DNA of 56,437 bases, taken from contig JAUQYZ020000229.1 in NCBI GenBank assembly GCA_030587475.2, forward strand, positions 1-56,437, in the 5' to 3' direction. The DNA comes from Candidatus Sigynarchaeum calidifontis. GTDB taxonomy: Archaea; Asgardarchaeota; Lokiarchaeia; Sigyniarchaeales; Sigyniarchaeaceae. Of the stretch, positions 19,700 through 27,325 are shown piece by piece; position 1 is the first letter of the stretch; each line of letters begins with the position of its first letter. The notes beneath the pieces are model-generated. The model was not told the origin of the DNA and did no database searches. It was given only the letters and a program-made list of their open reading frames with translations. A program made the translations under genes and the position numbers.

Positions 19700-21136
19700 T
19701 CAACGTGGCAAGGGAATGCATTTCCCGCGACCCCCCCTTGCGACTTCAACACCGAAATGGCCCAAGATCGTGGGAAACACGTCGTATATCGAAAATTGAT
19801 GGATCCTGGTGCTTTTTAACCTCGCGTCGATCTCGGCATCTTGCGCCCGGGCAATAGCCAAGTACCTTCGCTTCGTCGTGGCGATGAACACGCCTTGCTT
19901 GGAATGGACGGCATCGTCGGGTCCCGTGTCGTTTTCTTCGAGATAGAGCCGCTTGTGCCCGACCGTTCCGGCGGAACGCCACGCGAGGTTCGAGAAGTAG
20001 ACGAACATGTCGGGATCGTCGCCCGAATACCCATCGGGATAGAGATCGCCCGAGATGAACGTTTTATTTCCGAGTATCTTGCCATCTGGCCCTTTCATCG
20101 CCTCGATCTTGTGCCGAAGCTCTTCACGCTCCCGGGGAAAGTCGGCAAGGGGAATAACGCCCTGGGGCTCCCTTCCTTCCACGTTGAAGAAGATCCGGGC
20201 GTAATAGCCTCCCCAGCCGATGGCCCTCGTGCGCTTCCAATCCACGTCGAGATTATCCGGTGGAGTTACCTTGTCAGGATACTTGTTCAAGCATAAATAA
20301 CCCTCCTGGATGAGCCATTCGTTGATACAAACGCATCCATCCATGGGCTGCGCCCCGTGGTCTGACACGACGAGGATCGTCGTGTCGTCGGGCACGAGAT
20401 CGACGATTTCCTTGACTTGCTTGTCGAGCAACCGCTCGTACTCGTCGATGTACCCTCGATATTCGCTGCCGGGCTCGTAGTGCTTGTGGTGCTCGTCGAA
20501 ATATTTCCAATACGAGTGGTGGACGCGATCGAGGCCGATCTCCACGTACCAGCACATGTCCCAGGGCTTGGTCGCGAGCAAGTGCTTGACGACCTCGTGG
20601 CGTTCTTCCGTCATCTTGACCAGGTTCTCGAACAGTTCCTTTTTTTCCTCTATCCGGAAGGAGACATCGAACGTGTAGTGGCCGAACTTGTCGAGGATCT
20701 CCTTTTTGAGGGCTGGCGGGTGGGTGAACTCGTTGGCCGTGCCTGGAGTGATGAAACACGAGACGAGATTCCCGTTAAAAGGCCGGACGGGATAGGAGGG
20801 CGGGACGCCAACGACGATGGACGGAAAACCGTTCTCGCCGAGGCATTCCCATGCAGTCTTCCCTTGGATCGACGACGACGTGGCGATCCACGCCTTGTCA
20901 TATGTCCCCCTTTTCAGGTGCCGGAACCCGTACACGCCGAGCTGGCCTGGGGTCTTGCCCGTGGCCATGCACATCCATGCCGGGATCGTGATGGGCGGGT
21001 CCGATGACTCTAGCTGGCCTCGGATGCCCGAGAGCTGCAGCCGCTTGATCGTTGGAATGTTGTGCAGGTGGCGGTCGAAAAAGAGCGCGGGTGTCGCGCA
21101 GTCCAGGCCAATGACGAGCAATTTCGGGTGTCCCAC
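19700..21136 (-). CDS. Alkaline phosphatase superfamily, nucleotide pyrophosphatase/phosphodiesterase-like protein
   Basis: IGLDCA, PPITIPAW (Thr nucleophile), TGKTPG, DRVHH, VSDHG, DDAVH. Confidence 0.9.
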   Translation of the reverse strand: MGHPKLLVIGLDCATPALFFDRHLHNIPTIKRLQLSGIRGQLESSDPPITIPAWMCMATGKTPGQLGVYGFRHLKRGTYDKAWIATSSSIQGKTAWECLGENGFPSIVVGVPPSYPVRPFNGNLVSCFITPGTANEFTHPPALKKEILDKFGHYTFDVSFRIEEKKELFENLVKMTEERHEVVKHLLATKPWDMCWYVEIGLDRVHHSYWKYFDEHHKHYEPGSEYRGYIDEYERLLDKQVKEIVDLVPDDTTILVVSDHGAQPMDGCVCINEWLIQEGYLCLNKYPDKVTPPDNLDVDWKRTRAIGWGGYYARIFFNVEGREPQGVIPLADFPREREELRHKIEAMKGPDGKILGNKTFISGDLYPDGYSGDDPDMFVYFSNLAWRSAGTVGHKRLYLEENDTGPDDAVHSKQGVFIATTKRRYLAIARAQDAEIDARLKSTRIHQFSIYDVFPTILGHFGVEVARGGRGKCIPLPR

Positions 21137-21153
21137 GGCTATTCACGCGTCGC

Positions 21154-22308
21154 TCATTTCACGAACAAGTTGTCCTTGAACTTGATGATGGCTTCCGCCA
21201 CCTCGGGCCGCATCTCCTCTGCAGGGATTTTCCCCTCGGATAACATTTGCCTGACGACCCGGCCCTTGAAATCCACTTGAAACTCGGGCCCGTGGGGACA
21301 AATCTTGTCCGACACGACCCCGCCGCATTTCTTGCACTTGTAAAACGCGCGGAAATTGATCGGGGTGATGCCGAGGTCGGGGAATTGCTTGAAGATCTCC
21401 TGGGCATCGAACGGGCCGTAATAGTTGCCCACGCCCGCGTGATCCCGGCCGACGATGAAATGGGTGCAGCCGAGGTTTTTGCGCGCGATCGCGTGGTGGA
21501 TGGCCTCCTTCGGCCCCGCGTAGTGCATTTCCGTCTCGAAGGTCGTGAGGACACACGTGTCCTTGACGTAATACTTGTCGATCAATGCCTCGTAAGCAGC
21601 AAGAATAACCTCGTCGGTAAAGTCGCCTGGTTGCTTTTTACCGATGACGGGGTTGATGAGCAGCCCGTCGCACACGGTAAGCGCTGATTTTTGCACGTGT
21701 TCATGGCCAAGATGGGGCGGGTTCCTTGTCTGGAACGCCGCTATCGTTTTCCACCCTTTCTTCTTGAACAAGTATCGGGTCTCGCGAGGCTTGAGGTTGT
21801 ATTTCGCGAAGCTCGTCTTGATCTCCGTGATCAAGTCGAGCTTGCCGCCTAGGAGCCAGGGTTTCTTCTCAAGAACCGTCTTGACTCCCGGATGGTTCGG
21901 GTCGTCTGTCTTGAACACGCTCTTCACGTACGTCATCTTATCATACTTGAAGATTTCATCCACGACGAGCTTGGCCACGATGGCGGGTGCGTTGCCGCCG
22001 GTAACAAGGAGCACTTCGTCCTTGGATTTCACGGACCGGGCAAATTCCTCGTCGACGTCGAGGACAACGGGGATGGTCCACGGGACATCATTCGCCAATC
22101 GGCAATGATCTATCACGTTCTCGAAATCATCTCGACATTGGAAACCTTCGAGGGGCGAGAACACTCCGAAGCAGATATTCTTCACATCCTTGGCAATATC
22201 ATCGTTTATTGGCAATGAAGGAAATTCCTTGGATTGTTCGATGAGTAACCGCCGTGTCTTCTCACCGCACAACCGTTCGACGAGGCGCCCGCCGTGTGGC
22301 TCTACCAT
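21154..22308 (-). CDS. sat: Sulfate adenylyltransferase (ATP sulfurylase)
   Basis: PHGGRLV, FSPLEGF, FQTRNPPHLGHE, YAGPKEA, HFIVGRDHAGVG, C-terminal Zn motif C..C...C.H. Confidence 0.97.
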   Translation of the reverse strand: MVEPHGGRLVERLCGEKTRRLLIEQSKEFPSLPINDDIAKDVKNICFGVFSPLEGFQCRDDFENVIDHCRLANDVPWTIPVVLDVDEEFARSVKSKDEVLLVTGGNAPAIVAKLVVDEIFKYDKMTYVKSVFKTDDPNHPGVKTVLEKKPWLLGGKLDLITEIKTSFAKYNLKPRETRYLFKKKGWKTIAAFQTRNPPHLGHEHVQKSALTVCDGLLINPVIGKKQPGDFTDEVILAAYEALIDKYYVKDTCVLTTFETEMHYAGPKEAIHHAIARKNLGCTHFIVGRDHAGVGNYYGPFDAQEIFKQFPDLGITPINFRAFYKCKKCGGVVSDKICPHGPEFQVDFKGRVVRQMLSEGKIPAEEMRPEVAEAIIKFKDNLFVK

Positions 22309-22328
22309 CCCCTGTTTGCACCAAGATG

Positions 22329-22571
22329 TCAGTCAATGTATCCCAGCTTTCGCAACCGATCCTCGATTTCACGCTCCTCTTCGGGCGTATAATCTTTTTT
22401 ATCTTTTTTCTCCTCCTGCTCGATCTCATCAAGAACTTTCCTTGCCAGATACGTTATATAATCGTCAACCGTTTCGAAATCCGTATTTGGAAGACGTTTT
22501 TCGATCCTCGCATACAAGGAAGCAGGGATCTTGACATCCTTGAAAGATTCAGTTGCGTCGCGGGGTGCCAT
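22329..22571 (-). CDS. Ribbon-helix-helix (CopG-like) protein with C-terminal RLRKLGY tail
   Basis: VKIPASLYARIEKR...FETVDDYITYLAR, then EEEREIEDRLRKLGYID. Confidence 0.82.
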   Translation of the reverse strand: MAPRDATESFKDVKIPASLYARIEKRLPNTDFETVDDYITYLARKVLDEIEQEEKKDKKDYTPEEEREIEDRLRKLGYID

Positions 22572-22662
22572 GAGAAATCAATATGGTTTAATTACATATA
22601 ATTATATTTCTTTTACAGACCGGGGGCAAGAAGCTTTGTATGCTTTTATGAAATAGAGTACC

Positions 22663-23514
22663 GTGGTGATGAAAATGAGCTTTGTATACGAGTCCCTCAA
22701 GTTAACACTGCTTTTCATCAAGATACCGAACTCGCTGTTCACGCTTGCATTAGCTCTCAAGATCAAAAGCCAATCCAAGTACATCTTGAATTATTTATTC
22801 TACATCGCTTTTATCTGCTGGTCGGTGTATATTGGCCTAGACGGCGTGCTGTATATCATCGCGCCGAATGGAGAATTTGCTTATACCCTTGCAAACATCA
22901 TGCGGGATCTCGGGGTACTCATGCTCGCTTTCACGCCCTTGTGTTTCATATTAGCGAGCTTCATCATCAAGGAAGGGGAGGAGATCGCGTTGCAAGTGAA
23001 AAAAACTCGCTTGGTCTTTACTTTCGTCGTGAGCTTCAGTCTGGCACTGATAATGATTCTCACGGACACGATCGTCGTGCGGGATTTAACGAAGCCCGGG
23101 AAGCCAATTATCGACCCGTCCTTGCTTCCTCCGACAGGGGCATTTAGAGTGACGTTTGATAGCGTGACACTGCAAGGCCAAGTGAGTTCCTTCTTCATCC
23201 TCGCGTTCGTGGCTTGGTATATCGCGAGCGTGCTGCTCATGTTCATCCAGCAATCGAGAGAGTCTGGAGCGAAAAAAATAAGGACCCGGCTCATAATGAC
23301 AGGCATGTTGATGATCCCGGCTGGTATCTGCTATTTTATCTTGCTACCTTACGTTTTTCCTGCTTCGCAAACGCCCAACTTGCAGCCATGGTTCAATCTC
23401 GCCGGGCAATTGGCCTGGGCAACTTCTCCGGTGCTGGTGTTCCTGGGTATGCGTGTCCGCGTTCCAGAGGAAGAAAAGAAATTAACCGTGCCGATTCAAA
23501 AAAGCCCTAGCTAG
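22663..23514 (+). CDS. Stand-alone 7-TM membrane protein (receptor-like)
   Basis: Seven hydrophobic helices with a longer loop between helices 4 and 5, and no cytoplasmic output domain. Confidence 0.7.
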   Translation: MVMKMSFVYESLKLTLLFIKIPNSLFTLALALKIKSQSKYILNYLFYIAFICWSVYIGLDGVLYIIAPNGEFAYTLANIMRDLGVLMLAFTPLCFILASFIIKEGEEIALQVKKTRLVFTFVVSFSLALIMILTDTIVVRDLTKPGKPIIDPSLLPPTGAFRVTFDSVTLQGQVSSFFILAFVAWYIASVLLMFIQQSRESGAKKIRTRLIMTGMLMIPAGICYFILLPYVFPASQTPNLQPWFNLAGQLAWATSPVLVFLGMRVRVPEEEKKLTVPIQKSPS

Positions 23515-23741
23515 ATGTACCCGAGGTTCTTGAGTCGCCTTAACACCTCTTCCTTTTCTGCCTTTCCAAGAGCGTCATTCTTTGGATCCGGCTTGCCGAA
23601 CTCGTCCCGGCCTAGGATCTCTCGTAAGACGAATGTCACGTAGCTCGACAGGGACGTGAAGCCCGTTCCCTGGATACGCCGCTTGATCTTCTCGGCCAGC
23701 TCCACGGGGATCGTGACGGACGTGAACGCGGTCTCGCTAAT
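23511..23741 (-). CDS. Ribbon-helix-helix protein with LKNLGY tail (apparent ATT start)
   Basis: (I)SETAFTSVTIPVELAEKIKRRIQGTGFTSLSSYVTFVLRE...EEVLRRLKNLGYI. The RHH beta-strand lies upstream of the first GTG (23705). Confidence 0.75.
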   Translation of the reverse strand: MSETAFTSVTIPVELAEKIKRRIQGTGFTSLSSYVTFVLREILGRDEFGKPDPKNDALGKAEKEEVLRRLKNLGYI

Positions 23742-23916
23742 CTTTGCTCGCCCCCGATGCTTTTTCCTTTTCGATCTGCTCGATCTCCTTCTCGAGCTCC
23801 TCGAGCACGTGGGTCACGAACGCGGAAGGACTGTGGAACCTCGTTCCCTTGATCCGTTGCTTGATGTGATTTGCTAATGTCTTTGGGATCGAGACCGTGG
23901 TGAACTTCTGGGTCAT
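23737..23916 (-). CDS. Ribbon-helix-helix protein
   Basis: MTQKFTTVSIPKTLANHIKQRIKGTRFHSPSAFVTHVL, a paralog of the two neighbouring RHH proteins. Confidence 0.78.
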   Translation of the reverse strand: MTQKFTTVSIPKTLANHIKQRIKGTRFHSPSAFVTHVLEELEKEIEQIEKEKASGASKD

Positions 23917-24035
23917 GAGGGTCGGGCCAATGGTGCACGAGTGGTGAAACGATCTGAAGGTGATACATCTAAAACCCATGTCGCCAAGGTAATCTATACC
24001 CGTGCGTTAATGAAAGTATCCATGGGTGAAGCGCC

Positions 24036-24557
24036 GTGCCCGAAATCGTGAAGATAATCAAGACGATACCCAATTTAAACGTGGCCTTGTTTGAAAAAGC
24101 GCTTAACTGCGACAAGTTCTGGATGGCTTGCATCACCAGCCTCGATCGAGTGGCGGTGAAGAGAATTGGGGAGGGGAAAATGCATTGGGATCTGAAAGCG
24201 TCCTTCGTCCTGGATCCGCTCGGCGTGGCCAAGATACCGGTCGAGATCCAGCAGGACTTGATGCACGAGGAGGACAAAAATTTCAAGGGCGAGGGCAAGA
24301 AATACATCTTTACCGTCCTGAACTCCAATGCCGCATCTGCCGGGGAGGGAAACCTGTTTTTCAAGGCTTCTGGTCGTGATATCAAGATCATGGCCGAGGT
24401 GACACGTCTCGAACTCAAGGCCGGCTTCCTCGACATCGCGGGCCTTGGAAAAGCCATGGTCGTGACACGCTTGCAGCAAGAGATGCAGCAGATGGTTATG
24501 AACTTGATCGATCTCGCCGGGAAGGGCAAGGTCGACGAGATCATCCAAGGCTGCTAG
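24036..24557 (+). CDS. Hypothetical protein, possible SRPBCC/CoxG-like fold
   Basis: 173 aa with a beta-rich core and a C-terminal amphipathic helix. The fold call is tentative. Confidence 0.5.
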   Translation: MPEIVKIIKTIPNLNVALFEKALNCDKFWMACITSLDRVAVKRIGEGKMHWDLKASFVLDPLGVAKIPVEIQQDLMHEEDKNFKGEGKKYIFTVLNSNAASAGEGNLFFKASGRDIKIMAEVTRLELKAGFLDIAGLGKAMVVTRLQQEMQQMVMNLIDLAGKGKVDEIIQGC

Positions 24558-24566
24558 CGAGCCATC

Positions 24567-25667
24567 CTAGAAAATCTTCTGATAACGTCGCAACGACGAC
24601 GCGATCTTCTCGCTGAGATCGACCTTTTCCTTTAACCTGTCTATCCGCAATGACTCGCGATCGATATCGAGCGTTTTTAACACCGCTTGGAAGAATCCAT
24701 CGCTGGCTTGGTTGGCGGGGGACAATTCTTCGGCTGCGATCGCGTATTTTCCAGCCGCTCGCAACGATAGCAAGTTTTCAGCCGGTTCGTCCTTCGGAAC
24801 GATGAGCGTGCTCACGAGATCTCCTATTGTCATCATGAAGGTTTCCCACCGGGCCGGGGCGCCAATACATTCGAGAACTTCGCGCTCTACGGGGGAGATC
24901 TCGTTTCCATACCACGTTGGTGAGATGATCGTTATTTTCTTGTCGAATTCTTTTAATATTTTCCTGAAATCTGGACAAGAAAAGATCAAATAGGTAGATA
25001 TGAGATCGGTGGGAATAATGACGATCCCCGCGGAATTACCGATAGGATCTCGAATCGAATCGCATAATTGAGCATCAACCAGATTTTTTGGCGAGATGTT
25101 GATTCCATCGCTAATTACCTCTTGTTGCAGGCCGCTAACCTTGTCATTCTCCACGCCCGTAGCTTTTACATGTCGGGTCCTGACCTGGTTCTCGACCTCG
25201 ATGATGTATTGGCGCAGAGGCACGCGGGTTTTCGCACATTCGACCGTGATGAGCGGGAAAGTCTTGAAGAGAGGGTAGATAGTTTTCTGGTTCAAATGGA
25301 ACATGGACACGAGTTGCATGTAAAACGAATGTTGATCGGTTCGATTTTCGAAATGGGATGCATATCGTCCCAGCATGTTGATTACGGGGGGTAATCTGAG
25401 GGGGTTGTAGGAATCGAACGTGCTCGCAAGCACCTTCAAGATGTCACTCAAGGCCTTGAATTCTCGCACTTTTTTCTCCAACAAGTCGAACAGCTCGAGG
25501 TGGTATGAAAGGCGTTTTGACGGGTCGGGGTGCTCGATCGAGAAATCCACGGAATTGTTGAAAATGTAATTGACAGCATAGTTCGTGTCGTCCACGGCCT
25601 TCAAGAACGGGCTGGGGCGGCCTCCACAACAGATAAGCGTGATCGCGTGTTTTTTTACTGAGAACAT
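24567..25667 (-). CDS. Degenerate CofD/UPF0052-like protein
   Basis: Paralog of the N-terminal half of 27326..29527 (DF..HPDP...Y.LE, YNPL, P.RQYII, PTDL, SP.W...I..VERE.LE). Layout resembles CofD but the GGTG/PDLD catalytic motifs are lost. Confidence 0.6.
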   Translation of the reverse strand: MFSVKKHAITLICCGGRPSPFLKAVDDTNYAVNYIFNNSVDFSIEHPDPSKRLSYHLELFDLLEKKVREFKALSDILKVLASTFDSYNPLRLPPVINMLGRYASHFENRTDQHSFYMQLVSMFHLNQKTIYPLFKTFPLITVECAKTRVPLRQYIIEVENQVRTRHVKATGVENDKVSGLQQEVISDGINISPKNLVDAQLCDSIRDPIGNSAGIVIIPTDLISTYLIFSCPDFRKILKEFDKKITIISPTWYGNEISPVEREVLECIGAPARWETFMMTIGDLVSTLIVPKDEPAENLLSLRAAGKYAIAAEELSPANQASDGFFQAVLKTLDIDRESLRIDRLKEKVDLSEKIASSLRRYQKIF

Positions 25668-25691
25668 GTGCACTCCTTCGTTTTTTTTCCG

Positions 25692-27209
25692 TTAAGAACG
25701 CGTGCTGGAAATGACACGCGTGATTTCTTGCAACTCGCCTCGTAATTTCTTTATATAAGTCGCGATGTCGGACTTGAACTCGCCGTAGGCCAAGAGAGGT
25801 TGCACCCGGAAGTCGTCTCCCTCAGGTACCTCATCGAGCACGATGCCAAATAACCGTTTCTCGAGATTTTTTAACCCCAGGGTTTCTCGAAGCACGTCAT
25901 CTTTTTTAACTGTGATGATTTCGAGATCCAGTTTCTGCGCGTCCTTGAAATACACGTGCTCGTGCATTATCGACCGTGTCGGAGCGACACCCGTGTTTTT
26001 AAAAATGCCCCGCTTGACCAAGTTCACCCGTCTTGAACGACCCCTCACGAGCATCCAGCCATTCTGCAAATCCGCCTGGATACGAGAGAGGATCCTTACC
26101 GGGCTCGTCTCTTGTCCTGGAAATGCACGGCTGGCTTGAACGCTTGCCTTGCCACCTTCGAGGATCTCGATCGGGAGTGCCACGTTCTCGTTGGTCCTCC
26201 CCGTCTCCATAAAATCCGTGCCTACCAGCGAGCTCGCCATGAGGATGATGGAATCTATGAAAGGAGTCGGAATGCCGAAATATCGCCCCATCGACGCGAA
26301 GGGCACGAGGCCCGTGGGCACGTCTTCCGTGATATACCGCGAGAATAAAGTAGACGGCGACCCGATATCACGGTAGGGTTCGATGTTTTGGAACGCGTCG
26401 TAATAAGTCGTGAATTCGCCACCGTAGACCTTTTTTGCCCATTCCAGGAAAGTTTCCACGCGCATATCAAGCTTCTCGGCTATCTTGCAGCGCTCCTGGT
26501 CGACCTTCTCGATGATGTTCACGACTTCCGGCGTGAGGCCTTCCCTGTAGAAGAGGAACTTTTGTTGCCTGGCGATCGAGCCAGCGTTGAGTACGACTGC
26601 GGTCGGATGGATTATCGCTCCGATGTTGGTAAGGCTCGTGATCTTGATGTCATCGGTAACATTCATTGTTGGAAAGAGTTCTGTAATGAGATAATCTACA
26701 TACCGGTTATCTTGTTCTGGATAAAAACAAAACGGGTTGTCCTCCTTAACTTTAAAAATCTTAACGCCAGTATCATCGATCTCCCGGCACGTGAACAGGA
26801 GGGTTTGTGTCTCTCCGACGTACACGTCCAGTTCGGGACGAGCCTTTTTGATGATGTTCTTGACCTCGATGGCACCCCACGTCCGCCCGGGATTCAGCAA
26901 GATGACCTGGCCATCCCGGAGGAAAGGAGCGATCTTCAAACCGACCTCCGCGTGGGCAGAGGCCGGGAGGACTACCAGGATCAAGCACGCATCGATGACC
27001 GCTTCGCGATAGTCGTTAGTAACTTTTTTTAACGGGTAAGTACCGGCAACCTCCCCCTCGGACGTGATTTGCAAGGTTTCCGCAATGCGTTTGACGTGTG
27101 AGAGCGTCCGGTTGAAGAGTATAACATCGTGTCCCCGGCTTGCTAGGTATGCTGCGAACGCCCTACCACCATTGCCTCCGCCGATAACGGCAATCGTGCG
27201 TGTTTTCAT
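25692..27209 (-). CDS. NAD/NADP octopine/nopaline (opine) dehydrogenase family protein with ~150 aa C-terminal extension
   Basis: GGGNGG Rossmann motif, LNPGRTWG, ETQTL, NIGAIIHP, VDQER, RYITEDVPTGLVP. Confidence 0.9.
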   Translation of the reverse strand: MKTRTIAVIGGGNGGRAFAAYLASRGHDVILFNRTLSHVKRIAETLQITSEGEVAGTYPLKKVTNDYREAVIDACLILVVLPASAHAEVGLKIAPFLRDGQVILLNPGRTWGAIEVKNIIKKARPELDVYVGETQTLLFTCREIDDTGVKIFKVKEDNPFCFYPEQDNRYVDYLITELFPTMNVTDDIKITSLTNIGAIIHPTAVVLNAGSIARQQKFLFYREGLTPEVVNIIEKVDQERCKIAEKLDMRVETFLEWAKKVYGGEFTTYYDAFQNIEPYRDIGSPSTLFSRYITEDVPTGLVPFASMGRYFGIPTPFIDSIILMASSLVGTDFMETGRTNENVALPIEILEGGKASVQASRAFPGQETSPVRILSRIQADLQNGWMLVRGRSRRVNLVKRGIFKNTGVAPTRSIMHEHVYFKDAQKLDLEIITVKKDDVLRETLGLKNLEKRLFGIVLDEVPEGDDFRVQPLLAYGEFKSDIATYIKKLRGELQEITRVISSTRS

Positions 27210-27325
27210 TTTTCCTATCCTTCGCTCTACAACAGAATGATCACGATCAACTCGCTTCTTAAATGGATCGTATCAAGCAGAACCAACGAAGAAAGGCAAA
27301 ATGCCAGTTCAAGGAGCACGAGTGA

